From NCBI RefSeq assembly GCF_037042905.1, contig NC_087251.1, positions 32,550,001-32,614,000 of the forward strand: DNA of 64,000 bases, read 5' to 3'. The position numbers and the translations under genes are program-made. How positions within the stretch are numbered: position 1 is the first letter of the stretch; each line of letters starts with the position of its first letter. Shown piece by piece: positions 38,835-51,694 of the stretch. Source of the stretch: Lytechinus pictus (Eukaryota). The notes under the pieces were generated by a model that searched no databases, was not told the origin of the DNA, and saw nothing but the letters and a program-made list of their open reading frames with translations.

Positions 38835-39195
38835 ATTGTATCTTCCTTGCTTTTACTTCTTTTCTGTACCTCTGTATCTGTCTGTTTGTCTACTAGTCTA
38901 TCTATCTGTATTTTTGTCCTTCTCTCTTTCCTTCTTCAATTTATCTTCCTTGCTTTTTACTACTTTTCTTTACCTCTGTATCTGTCTGTTTGTCTGCCAG
39001 TCAGTCTATCTATCTATCTCTCTATCTATCTGTATATTTGTCCTTCTCTCTTTCTTTCTTCGATGTATCTTCCTTGCTTTTACTACTTTTCTGTACCTCT
39101 GTATCTGTCCGTTTGTCTACTAGTGTCTACTAGTCAGTATATCTGTATTTTTGTCCTTCTCTCTCTTTCTTTCTTTCTCTCTTTCTTTCTTTCAT
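38835..39195. repeat. CT-rich minisatellite, about 3 units of 100-125 bp
   Basis: Recurring tatcttccttgcttttact...tctgtacctctgtatctgtc...tatctgtatttttgtccttctctctttc. Confidence 0.85.
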
Positions 39196-41160
39196 ATCAT
39201 ATCTCTCGTTCTCTACCATCAAGACCTTACTTTGAACCTAGCAACCAATTCTCAATAGCATTCACATTTGCAAACACTGCATATTGAAAAGGTGGCTTGC
39301 ACCCTATGTTTTGGCAGCACCAACCTCCAATGGTCCCTTCCCTAACATCACACACTGCACATCTTAACTCATCCCTTGACCAGTTTACACTGACTACGTA
39401 ACTACGTTTCCCCTCATGCCCTGCCATTGAGAAACAAACATCCTGTATGAACGGACCCTCCGGAGTATTCCTGTGTGGAGTGACATGCCTATCTACCCAT
39501 CCCACTCGCCTGTGACCAACACCTGATAGAACCAAGGCTATTTTAAGACGCTTCCCTCATCATCACATCACAAAAACACATCAAACTTCACTTCAACTTT
39601 CTTAACTACTTTCTCATTTATGCTTGATTTCATCTATTTAGTCTTGCCCACTCCCCCTCCCATGAAATTAAAACAAATCAAGTTAAGGATGAGTTCATAC
39701 CTCTCCTTTCTGTATTGATCTCAAATTTTACTAGATGAAATAAACTGAAAAAAATAAAAACTCTGCTTTTGTTCACTCATTACATACACTTTTTGTGCCA
39801 TTAAAAAATAACAATGATACAAACAAAAAGATGTGGATAAATCATTAATCATATAATCTTTTTTTGTTTTAAAACATTCTTCAAAACCGAAATACACTTC
39901 ATTCATGAAGATATGCATCACTATTTCACCAAATACATGTATTTACATTATGTAACCCCCATCCATCTACATGTTTATTGACATTTCATTTGAAAAAGAT
40001 CTCAGATGGATTTAAAGTTCTCTTAATATAGGTATATCATTATGCAAACTTGCTTCCCACAATATAATTTTTATTCTTATTTCCACCTTCATTGTTTGAT
40101 AAAATTACAGCTGATATGAAATAGTAATTCTAATATAAGTATCAAAGACAGGTCATCACTTTAATTGCAATAGTTATTCCAGATTTCAAATACTTTCAAA
40201 GGTCCTCAAACATAATCAAGTTCATAATTCTATAATATTCCATTGAAAGCTGGTCAAGTTCTGAAGGTCAAGAGATCCATCTAACACTGAACCTATTCCC
40301 CTCATGAACTATTTCATTCATAAAGACGATATTAGACGGGAAGAAATAGATTCTCTCTTAACCAAATTTAGCCCAAATCTTTAATTAGATTACAGCATCC
40401 TTTCCCCTGTCTCTCTCTCTATGTCTATGTGAGATCTCTCAGCCAACAACCTTCTAGGCATATAATCAAGTTACTTTTCTGAGAGGCCTATTTAAGTACA
40501 GTCATTTCAGACATTTGATGTGTGGGTTCCCCTTGGGGGCTTCGTCGCCTTAATTATTCAATGTCAAGTCTAGGAATGAAAAACAGGACTCTTCGTTATC
40601 CTATCAACATTTTTAATTTCCTGGTTTAATTTATTGAGCTGACTGGCTGCCCTCATGGTGTAAATGGATCAAAATAAAGCACAAAAACACTTGGAATAAT
40701 TCTATTAAATGAGGGAATTATATATACAGCGAATAGTTCTCAACTCAAAATATAAAGAAAAGGCATGAATACATAATATTTAGGCATGCTTTTTCTTGAG
40801 TGATGAGCTGTAGTAGTAGGGTATGTATTTCCATGGCAAATAAATTTTTACTAAGATAATAAACACTTTTGGCCACATGATCATTTATGATTCTCACAAG
40901 CAGAAGAAAACATAAGCTGGTTCATCTCAAACAAAAGCTTTGATGAAACAGTAAAGTGGGTCACACACCTTCTAAATTGGGTACTTGTTAAGGTTATCAT
41001 GTAGCTCACAGCGTCATGAAGAGCAGATAGTTTTTCAATCTCAAACGGGAGTAGGTTTCCCATTCAAGGAAATAACACTTTGAGATCTAACTGGGGATAG
41101 CGACAGTGGTTGTGGGCTATTCAAGGGTGATAGATGGGGTTATGGGCAAGTGTGAATTCA

Positions 41161-41510
41161 ACAAGGAATTATGGGAATGAATGAGAGGATGACATAAATG
41201 GGGAGAATTCGCAAGAGAGGGAAGAGAGAGAAGTACAAAGAACGGTTGATATATAGACAGAGAGATGAGGTGGGTTGCGGAGAAAGAAAAGAGACAGAGG
41301 AGATTTAAAGATTGACACATTCTATACAAAGATACAAGGAATTATGGGAATGAATGAGAGGATGACATAAATGGGGAGAATTCGCAAGAGAGGGAAGAGA
41401 GAGAAGTACAAAGAACAGTTGATATATAGACAGAGAGATGAGGTGGGTTGCGGAGAAAGAAAAGAGACAGAGGAGATTTAAAGATTGACACATTCTATAC
41501 AAAGATACAA
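41161..41510. repeat. ~174-bp tandem duplication (2 copies), purine-rich
   Basis: acaaggaattatggg... restarts at 41334; copies differ by one GA unit and one substitution. Confidence 0.95.
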
Positions 41511-41654
41511 GATCCATTTTGTTGGTCCACCGTCCATGAATGCAGGAATTACATAGAAAAATTCAGCTTGCATTGGTGATCCACCAGTGAACATAAAAAA
41601 TAGGCCTTTAGCCAATATAACGTGCAATTCATTACTAACTCAACATTGAAAACA

Positions 41655-41830
41655 GGAGAGATAGTTAGATAAATAGAAAGACAGACTGACTCTCAGGCGG
41701 ATAGATAGATATATAGATGGATGGATGGACGGATGAACAGACAGACAGACAGAAGAGAAGACAGACAGACAGACATTAGACGGACAGACTGATAGGCAGA
41801 TAAATGTACATAGATTGATAGATGGACAGC
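41655..41830. repeat. compound (GATA/GGAT/GACA)n microsatellite
   Basis: Direct inspection. Confidence 0.85.
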
Positions 41831-44819
41831 AAGAGTTTACATGAAAAAGACAGAGGGATGAGAAGAGAAAGATCAGAAAATTTTTATCAAGGGGGGGGGG
41901 GATAAACAGCAAAGAACAAACATGAATACATGAAATCACTCCTTTATCATCCTACATCTTTGCAGAGCACAGTGTAATGTCAAAAAAAAAATTACAATAG
42001 ATTTCCTATATCCCTATTAAGTGACGGACATCGGATCAAGGTTTATAGCAAACAAAATGGAATGGTGGCTTTCAGGATCTGCCCATATAAGGAATGAATG
42101 TATAGGAAGCCAACATTGGACAGCAGGAAAGATAGCACCCAAGAGATAAAAATGTGGTAGGTGAAAACAAACCACAAGCGCCAAAAATTCAACAACAGCC
42201 ATTGGGGAACAGGTTGAATAGTAGGATTGATCTAAAGTCTTAAGAACAAGTGCTATGAGATTTCATAATAAAAAACCTTGCTGACAGATATGAAGCTGTA
42301 ATCTAATATGTTTGGCTCACATTTTATGGTTAAGGCTGGGTAAGATAAGTTAATGCGTTAAGAGCGGGATTGAAACCAATTTCAGAACACAAATTAAAGC
42401 ATTTGGTCAATGTAGATCACTGAAATGGGACAATCATAATGACAATATTTTCCTTCCTAATGTGCTTACTTAAGCATTGTTTCTGAAAATATATCGCCCC
42501 CTCCACCATTGGATTCTGGCTTGCGTGCACACAATGTCTGCACATTCTCCTCTCCCTGGGGAGTGATCAGAGAATGAACCAACACAAGTTACTGAACATC
42601 CTTGCTAGGCAGTAACCACAACCAGTAAAGTGAGGCAATACCACATATATATCTCAATTGATGAAGAGGTGGGGCAAGAGACCTTCCATAATTAGCAGGT
42701 CAAGTTCAAAGTCCCAAAATATATCAGAAGTTTTCCAATTCATTGTAAATTTGTGATTGATTTTCACCTTTGCAATTATTGTAACTTCCATGTAAACCTT
42801 GATTGTGATTGGCTACTAATTTCTGTTACCAAAGTAGTTGCCATAATGACAAAGTATCAATAGTTCTTTTTACTCTTTATGGATGGGACCCTGGTCCTCA
42901 TCTTGCAACAGAAGCCATCATCACACTTGCTAGAGATATAATTTATCAATTAACGATTCATCTGATATTTGCGACTGATTGCATATACATGGAACATCCT
43001 TGCAACTCTCTCCCCCCCCCCCACCAAGGTAAGTCTCAGGTAGAGAGAACAGTTGAAGATGGGCTTTGAGATACTTCTGATAAGTGTTATGTGATTGACA
43101 GATCGCTCGTAGACTTTCATACGACAGTTTCTTGAAAACTGACCAGATGATCGTCAATGATAGTGGATTGATATTTTTAAACTCCTCACAGCATTATGAA
43201 TGACTAAGCGAGATATTTTGAGTGGTAGAAATCATTTTAGGATGACCACACTCCAGGCGGTCCATCAAATCTAATATTCATATTTGACCATGAACACCAT
43301 TAAATGCCTGAGAGCAATGACATCTATCTGACTTCTGAAATCCTTGCGTAGACGCTAGAGAAGTATAAACTCTGAATAAGATTACATTCACCAACATTTC
43401 AATATGGAATAAAAGCTGATTCATTCATTTCTAATATTATCAACACTTACTTAATTTTTTGGTAGAAAATGCTGAGCAATATTAGAATTATAGGGAGGTT
43501 AGAATATGACATGAAAGAATAATTCTGAAGAGCAGTGTTGACCTTTTTTGGGAGAGGGCTTCAAAGAAGCTGGTCTGTCTTCTGAACTTGGTTTTAACTA
43601 AAACCATGTTGAAAACATGTGCTGACATTATGGGAGCAAAGAATACCACATTTTAAAAGTGCATATTCATTAATGTTTATTTTACTCTTTATTCATGTGG
43701 GTATCATTCATAGATATTAACAGTTTAGCACCAAATAAGCAGAAAAATTGAATATTTTTCTGTTAGAGGTTTGTGTCATATTTGGCTATCTATCTATAGT
43801 TTAACCACACACTTAGACCACAGAATGTCAACCACCTGTGTCGAGAATAAAAGCCAGTAAGTCTGATACTTACTTTCTTAGAAGTTACAATGATTATGCT
43901 AAGTAAAATTTGATTCACTTCCCTAAGAAGATTTCCTGATGCATTTGTCTCTGATCAATGCCATATACTAAATATTATATAGATGTGTAATTATTTTTAA
44001 ACTTCCCCATTTCTATTTTTTAGCAGTTAAGAATTTTGATTATTATGTTTCACGTGCTATTCACAGATAAGGTGCATTTTACTTTGTATTTTTATTTATT
44101 TATGGCACAGACCCAATGGAAACCAGACCATGCATCTGCTTGGGTATTTTACCATGTGTAAATAAAATTTATCTATCTAAAATCTATCTATCTATAAGAT
44201 CTATCTTGATGAACAAAAAAATTGTCTTCTTTCCTTGACCGAGAAATTCAAAATGTAATTTCTTTAATTTATCAATTAAATCTTTCTCTTTTGGGGAGAA
44301 AAGAAGAATTATACTATCAACATGCAGCATGAAGAATAATGTGACTGTTCTCATATTCATGTCTTTAAATCTTGCCATCTTATCAACATTATGTACAACA
44401 TGAAGAATGATGTAACTGTTCCTTGGAAGCGGGTGTGGTTCCATTTTCTTTGGCTGCTCTCTACATGCCCTGTAACCCTATATGCCAAACAATACATCAC
44501 ATGATACAGGGCACTCACTGCCAAAAGTCCACCCACCTGCTACCTCTACATCACCAAAGGCTATATAGGTGGTAGGAGGGGTGTGGAGAGGGTGTAGAAG
44601 GATCCCATGGTGGCAGAAGAGGTGTGATAGCTCAGTCATTAGAGGGGTGGGGGGTGCGCAAGTGCCCTTTGGTAAGGCATTGATCCTCGTTGTCAGGTTC
44701 CTAGGAGAGGACGTTAAGCCTTTGCTCATCTGGTTCATCATCATCTGCTGTAATCTTCAAAGGGCTCTGCAGCCTATCTCGAAGATGAAATTAAACTTGG
44801 ACGCACGTTATGAGGAGGA

Positions 44820-45115
44820 GTGAGGGATATTTTCAAGGTGATTTTGCAGAAGCTTTTGGAAGCTGTCAAGCGAAACTGCATTAACTATTTGAAGAGGGAG
44901 TTTATTCCATTCAGGTACAGATTTGTTGGGCAAAGGCAAATTTGTCAATATTGCCTCTTGGACGATATGTCTGAAAACACTTGTTGTGATTTTTCCTAGT
45001 GACAGTGGTGCTTAAGGAAAAAATTTGTCTTGGGTTATTGCAGCAAGGTCATTCACAATCCTATACACCATGCTGAGTCTGCTTACAGTGCGAGAAGACA
45101 GACTAGGCCACTTTT
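44820..45115 (-). mobile_element. CR1/L2-group LINE ORF2 C-terminal fragment
   Basis: Minus strand gives WPSLSSRTVSRLSMVYRIVNDL and later SVPEWNNS, decayed forms of the W.SL..RR...RL.M.YKI and T...WN.LP motifs. Confidence 0.7.
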
Positions 45116-45170
45116 TTTAAGGGTATGAGTTAAAGATATAAAGGCTAAATTTCATGGATTAAAATAAATC

Positions 45171-45319
45171 CAGGGCTCATTTCATAAGATTTGTTATGAA
45201 AAAAATGTCCAATAACAGTTTAAATCTACTGAAATCATTCAATTTGATTTTCTGATAGCAAACTTGTTATAGAAATTTGACATTTTTTTATTATAACAAG
45301 TCTTTATAAAATGGGACCG
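45171..45319. mobile_element. short MITE related to the 31768 element
   Basis: gggctcatttcataaga-tttgttat...ataacaagtctttataaaatgggacc, imperfect inverted ends. Confidence 0.55.
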
Positions 45320-47473
45320 AGATCAGCTATGGTTGGTAACCAGCTGAACACTAGATTGAGATCTGAAAGATTTGAATATAAAGTGAAAATTTGAATCATT
45401 TGAGATTTAAAAAAAAGAAATGTTAAGGATTCAACTGTGATTTCAAGTTCGACAAAAACAAAGTACAAACAACTAGATTTATTTCAAATCTCTATAATAA
45501 TCAAGAGTGGAATCAGGATTTAATCTAAATGTAAGATGAGGTTGGGTGGGTAATGAGGGAAGGGTGCAGGAGAGAAGCTGGAAACTGACTCCCCTAATAT
45601 CTGAAGTTTGCATAATTACACAATGGTACTCTTGATCTAATTATCTCTTTATGTGTAATTAAACAGGGGGGGGGGGTAGCATGACTGAATTGGTCAAGAA
45701 AAGCTCTCCTACTTATTAAAAAAAAACACAGATTAACACATTCCGTGTTCATGATCACTTCCTCTGTAACATTTCAGAGCACACTTATGAATACTTGCCA
45801 GATTTACATGATCTTGAAATGTTCTTGATAAAGAGTTGAAAAGAGAACTTTCAAAAGATATTTTGGAGGGAAACAGAAGTTGTTAATCCATCTCCAACGC
45901 ATGACAAGACCTTGGCGATGATCCAACTTCAAGCCATTTGTCACAAACACATGACAGATAACACTTTCTTCTAGTTGAGTGCTATCCAAATTTGTAACAG
46001 AATCCTGAATCTATCACTGAAAGAAGTTCTCCTCTGCAACAAAATTAGCTCAAGATGAGTTGATACAAGGCCCTCGCTTTCTCAAGGTGTGCTCTCACTT
46101 TTAATTTCAGGTTATTCTCAGACTCCATGCAGTATTACAGCTATAAAGGGATTGGCTAGTTGATGGAACCACTAGATATTGATAGAATATTTTAGAAACA
46201 CATCAAATAATGGTTTGAAAAATATGCATCATCATTACGACCATTATAGCCATGCCAGGTATTTCAGGATTGTTCAAAAAAATATCGGCATTTTCTCCAT
46301 GCTGTATAGGTATGAATGTACTCATGAAAATCACAACTCATGCTCAATATGCATCTTCAACTGGCGATCTTCCATACGTCTACATCTGTTCAACCAATTA
46401 ATTTTTTTCACTGCAATAATCATATAACTTCAAGTACACCTTAACCTTTTGGATGTATTCAAGACTCATGAACTCATCATTGATACAGACCATAATTCCT
46501 TCTCCTTAAATCCTACCTTTTTAGAGTGCATATTATTTGGGAGGGGGGGTTAAAAACATTTGTGTGAAAGCATCTTAATAATCACAGAGGTGATTTCGAA
46601 TCCAAAGTTTCAAACCATAGTTTATGCATAGTTTTTAATCTTTCAATTGATTATGCTGAAATGAGACGTATATTGAAAAGGCGTCCAGTAATAAATACAC
46701 TTATAACTAAGGTTACAACTTTCATGAGTCCACTGATATGGCAGTTCCTTTACAGAACTGTACTCATAACTTAATTGGTCTTCTGAAATGTAACAATATC
46801 CCACTGAGCTCATCTGCTATGAGCGGCTCTATCTGATAATCGATTGACATCAATTAAATGTATTCATTTTAACACATTCAGCCCCTCTCTCTCTTTGCCT
46901 CTGTTTCTTACATATGTTTTCCCCCTCTCTCTATCTGATTCTTGCTCTATCTGTGACCCTTTTTCTCTTTCTCTCCTTCTCTTCCTGATATCATTCTCTC
47001 TCTTGTATTCCCCCTCTCTTTTTTTCTCTTTCTCTTCATATTGCCCACTCTCTCTCTCTCTCTTCCTTTTCTGTCAGCTGGCCATGTCAAGATCACTTCT
47101 AACAGGCCTGAAGCAAGGTGATATCCCTGCCCGTGTCAGTGGAGTAGAAAACCAATCGCCAAAACTGCTCAATCATGCCATGGGATACGGTCTCCTGAAA
47201 GTGAGAAAATATGCTGGTCGCTGAGACGGGAAACACCGAGACAGGTATCAGAGGTGGGCTCGTTCACGGCCGAGACGGTAAACACCCCTGTGAAATGCCA
47301 CTTTAATCAACTGAAAATGACTTGGTATTAACGCACATGAACTGCTGACAAAGGCCAGTCTACATAAGCCTGAGTTTTTTAATGAACTTGCCATTTCTAA
47401 TGACAACTCTGCTGACTGGCACAATCTACAGATTATCAGTATTGAAAAACCCAAAATATCAAGATTATAAGAG

Positions 47474-47640
47474 TAGGTGTTGCGGTTCAGTCTTGGGACT
47501 TTGATCCACAAAGTCCAGGGTTCAAGTCCCACCACAACACTCACATCCTTTGGCAAGGTGCTCATATACAGTTGCCACTCTCCACCCAGGAGAAGTAAAT
47601 AGGTACCGATAGGAAGGAAGTCCTTTAGGGCAGTAGACAA
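47474..47640 (+). mobile_element. tRNA-derived SINE (second family)
   Basis: ggtgttgcggtt (A-box-like), gggttcaagtccc (B box), then tcctttggcaagg...ctctccacccagg...gtaaataggtacc, typical of invertebrate SINE central domains. Confidence 0.7.
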
Positions 47641-48196
47641 TGCGGTTGAAGACCAATAGGTAATTAACCCATCAGATATCTTTCATTATCTTGTAGGTCA
47701 GGGACTGTTTTAATAGGTGGTCTGAATTGTCTTCCAGTAAGCTTGAAGAACACAGTTCATGATGCTCAGATGCATTTTTTACCTGATTTACTATGTAACA
47801 TGCTTTATTTATAATACAGTTTTCAGTCTTATACATTATAATTTATCTTTTCGATTGCCATGCAAAAAATGCACTCATGTATGTCATTGTTATTGTATCA
47901 AGTTCTTCATTTGTTATTGATTTATGAATAAAATGCAGAAACTCCTGCAAAAACAAAATGCTGAAAAGTAGGTTTCTTTCTTCTTTCAATATCACATACA
48001 TGACTTGCTCCAACAATGATTTCAGTAGCCTATGACTACCACTGAAAATCACAATGCATCATGAACACTCAATTGTTCTTTCAAATGAGCACAATTTCAG
48101 ATGAGAATACTCTTAATCACTTTGATTTTCTCCCTTCTTATCATACATGTTACAACTCGACACATGTTACATGAATTCAACAAGTCTTTAAATACT

Positions 48197-48443
48197 GAAT
48201 AATAATAACTTTATTTACCCAGAGTAGCCAGTTTAGTTCCTAATTATAATACATTTAGGTCTAGTTCCTAACTCTAATACATTTAGGTCTACTTCCTAAC
48301 TCTAATACATTTAGGTCTAATTCCTGACTAGAAGGCCGAAGGTCCTGGTTTTTTTTAGTCTTTGGTATGACTCAGCTTGGAATCAAATCCACGACCTCCC
48401 GTTCATGCCCTTGGCGCTCTACCTCTGAACCACCATGCCTGGT
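48197..48443 (-). mobile_element. tRNA-derived SINE, same family as 28342-28587, with internal ~29-bp tandem repeat
   Basis: Shares the segments tttatttacccagagtagcc, ggtatgact and cctcccgttcatg...cgctctacc with the 28.4-kb copy. (AAT)n tail; three copies of taatacatttaggtcta.ttcctaactc in the middle. Confidence 0.7.
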
Positions 48444-48859
48444 AAAATATCAAGATAGCTAGTCTCTGAATAAATAAAATTAAATAAAAGGACTGGATTA
48501 ATTTAGCTGAACAGGACACCCCACTGGTCTTGGTTCCTGCAAGGTTCATGCCCAGGACTAGTCTCCGGTCTTGGTTCCTGGACTAGCCTCCGGTCTTGGT
48601 TGCTTAATGATGGATCATTTAATGATGAAGGCCTTACTACAGGAGAAGGTTATTTAGTGAGGAAGCATCAATTCGCAGGGAGGAGGAAGTCAAGTATTGC
48701 CGTGGGGGACTACTAGGGATGAGATCTCCCAGCTAACCATGACAGCAGTGTGACTGTCAGTTGACAAGGGAGTCAAAGGTACAGGTATAAGATACAGAGT
48801 AGAAGAGTGCAATGAGCCCTGGAAAAAGAATTAAAGAGCTCTAAAAAAGAATTAAAGAG

Positions 48860-49156
48860 GTAAAATTAGCTACCAAAAAGCTGCACCAGCACAATGGAAT
48901 TCTCTACCACCGACATTACGAAATATTACCCAGCTTGAGAAATTCAAAGTACAATTAAAAACCCACCTCTTTTCAGAATGTTTAACTTAGTCGCATGTAG
49001 GTCCAATCCATGTTTAATATTCTTTGATGTTATGTATAATTATTTGATGTCTAATATTTAAAATTACAATTCTAACCACATTTCTCGCTTTCCTCGCACA
49101 TAGAGACCTGTAGGTGTTATGCGTATTTAAGAACTGTACTATTATTATTATTATTT
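48860..49156 (+). mobile_element. 5'-truncated L2-clade LINE (3' end of ORF2, 3' UTR and tail)
   Basis: Uninterrupted frame KISYQKAAPAQWNSLPPTLRNITQLEKFKVQLKTHLFSECLT* (stop 48988-48990), the typical L2 ORF2 end (AP..WNSLP..LR.....FK..LKT.LF). (TTA)n tail at 49140-49155. Flanked by near-identical aaaaaagaattaaagag / aaaaaaggaattaaagag. Confidence 0.88.
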
Positions 49157-50439
49157 TAAAAAAAGGAATTAAAGAGCTCTAAAAAAAATATCAAAGAACA
49201 CCTCAATTTGTTTTATAATATGCACAAATTGTGCCCTTATTATGATGTCACTCTTTCACGTAAATCCTGAGAGATTGGTCAACCGCATTGTACTCAACAC
49301 CATGTATTAATCACAATGTTTCTCTTTCAAAGTAATCCCTCAGAGCTCACTTATAGTTCTACTTATCCTCATTCTACCCTGGGATTCATCATTCAGTTAT
49401 AAATTTCTTTATTGTTTTTTTTTAATTCTCACTTGTGGCCAATGCTAATTTGTATGTCATAGGAAAAAGTGGTCGACCCATAAGCCTCTTATCATAATGA
49501 ACAGTGGGGATGCATGTATTATAAAATGCACAAAATGTTTAAAAATGCATGATATATGAACAGGTGGGTTCTTCCATTTTCAATCTCTTTTGTGAATTGT
49601 AGAGCTACATTTCACGCAACTTACTTTAAACAGTACAGAAATGAGAAAAGAGATTGATATTCTCTGACATTGTCTATATATGTAAGTCTAATCTGGTCTA
49701 ATGCAATGATCTGAATAATAATCTTTGTGAGAAAAAGGAAGTTTTCTGCTTAGATATCTCGCTACTTGATATACATGTAAGTGGTAAGGTTGAGTTTAAT
49801 GAAGCAGCAATAATATACAAATCTGGGTCATTTCTTAACTAAAAGTTTACATCGCTCATTAAACAGCTTGTTTTTAAGTGCATGTTTTCACATGAAGCTT
49901 TGCCAAACTAAAATCAACATTTAAAATATTTTATTCCAAACAAGAAAGTATTCAGTTTTACTTTCACTATACCATTAAACCATTAAAAGTTAGGCAAGTC
50001 ACATATCTATGAAGGTATACGATAGGGCCACAGGAAGTATGAATATCTTCTCTTCCTTAGGGAGAGAAGGAAATTATGTAATAATGTAGTTTTCTTTCAT
50101 CAACTCTTTTTAAAATGTTGCCCTCTCTCTCCCTCTTAACTTACAACTTTGAAAAGAAGAAAGTACTTAAAAGGGAGAGGTAATGGGGCTAATGCCCCCC
50201 CAAAAACATAATAATAATAGTTTCTTCCTACAAAAGAAAAGAAAATACTGTTTAGAGTAAGGAGTTGAAAAAAAAGAGTATTTTAATGTTTAAATGTGAA
50301 GGAAAACAACTGAAGTGAAAAATCATGTAAAAAAGTATTTGCACTCTAAACTATTAAAAGTCTAATTTCTGTGACAGGTTTTGAAAAGTATTGCACATCT
50401 GACATGTGAACAGGGCAGTTTTGCCTGGGTTTCACTCAC

Positions 50440-50714
50440 CTTAACTCGGTGGTTGAGCAGAGACTCTTTACCCCCCGGCCCTCCGTAGTCCTCCATCATT
50501 AGGGTGGCTAGATTGGCTATGGGGACCCGCCCCATGTTCAGCCTCCTTCCTGACCCGAGGTTTGAACCCTGCCCACTTCCCCCTCGGCTGTGGGCTGGTG
50601 TCTGGCGTACCGAGCCGCTCTCTGAACCCCCTTGCTGCTGTGACTGTTGTTGTTGCTGTTGCTGCATGTGCTGTTGCATTTGCTGTTGACGTGTCGGATC
50701 CCCAGAACCGCTCC
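50440..50714 (-). CDS. PCNX: pecanex coding exon (Gly/Ser/Gln-rich low-complexity linker with polyQ)
   Basis: Acceptor tatacag|GG is phase-1 compatible with the previous donor. Reads GSGSGDPTRQQQMQQHMQQQQQQQSQQQGG...LLNHRVK. Strong donor AAG|gtgagt (phase 0); GC-rich against AT-rich flanks; 275 nt. The 5' boundary is ambiguous (alternative acceptor at 50760). Confidence 0.85.
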
Positions 50715-50974
50715 CTGTATAAATGAGTAATTCAGTAGTGTAGGATTGATTTCTTGTTGTCTGGAAGAAAAAAAAACCCAGCCACATCAGATCCTGCATT
50801 TTCACAAGAGAGAATCTCTATTGTTCTTTCTTTCTCGGTTATAGCTCCTCCTTTGCCATCACAGCTAGTCAACCCACATAGCTCCTAGGTAGCACATATA
50901 TCTTATGATATGATGTCCCTATGCACTTCCTAAAGAGATACTATTACCCTTGCATTAGCTGTGCATTCTTTAAC

Positions 50975-51331
50975 CCCGGGGGGGGGGGGGGTACTCACAA
51001 AATAAGGGGATGTGCCGCTGGAATGGGCCGCTTTTTGGGAAGAAATCCCTAAATGTGGGGTATGATTTTATGCAGGAAAATCCCTAAACGTGACCCCAAT
51101 TTTTAGATACTGGCCTAGACAGGGGTCCATGGCCCCATTTTTTAGATAATGGCCTTACACATGGTTCCATATTCTCCTCCAATTTTGGATGGTAACCTTT
51201 TTTCCCTTTTTTTTTTCCTTGTCAAATTTGAATAAATCCTTAATGATGGGTACCTTTTTAGCCAAAATGACCTGTAAAATAGGTATGGGTTTTGAAACTT
51301 TGGTCCAAACCAAATCTAAGTACCCCCCTGG
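50975..51331. mobile_element. non-autonomous DNA transposon with G-run termini, in a pecanex intron
   Basis: cccgg(g)n-tact ... agtacccccctgg inverted ends; internal duplicated motifs aaatccctaaa and ccattttttagata. Confidence 0.6.
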
Positions 51332-51593
51332 TCTTTTACAGCATGCAATTATGTCAAGGAATAAATTCCTGCCAGGTCCTCATCACCTCACCTGGATTGA
51401 GTGCAGCTCAATATGAATTCACTTCTTGCTGAAGGAAATTATTTAATCACTGGGACTTGAAACCATGGCTCTCTGATTGAAAGAAAAGATTCAAAACCAC
51501 TAGAACTACAATGCATCCACACATATGCCTGTTTTGGTTTTTTTTTAATAACTAAGGACCATTTATAAGCATTAAACATAAGTTTTGACGTAC

Positions 51594-51694
51594 CTGTCCC
51601 GGTACCTTGTTGGTTGGTATCGCCTTCTTCCTTATCTCCACTACGCCTCACAGTACCACCACTGCTACACCCAGCTACACAACGTTGTACTAAC
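51594..51694 (-). CDS. PCNX: pecanex coding exon
   Basis: Acceptor ttttttctgcag|G completes the AG|G Arg codon of the previous exon. Reads (R)LVQRCVAGCSSGGTVRRSGDKEEGDTNQQGTGT, matching the pecanex RLxxxCxAGCxSGG motif. Donor ACAG|gtacgt (phase 1); 101 nt. Confidence 0.9.

Noticed and set aside
38803-39287. Hydrophobic 106/146-aa ORFs resembling membrane proteins
   Set aside because: Translation of a CT-rich minisatellite.
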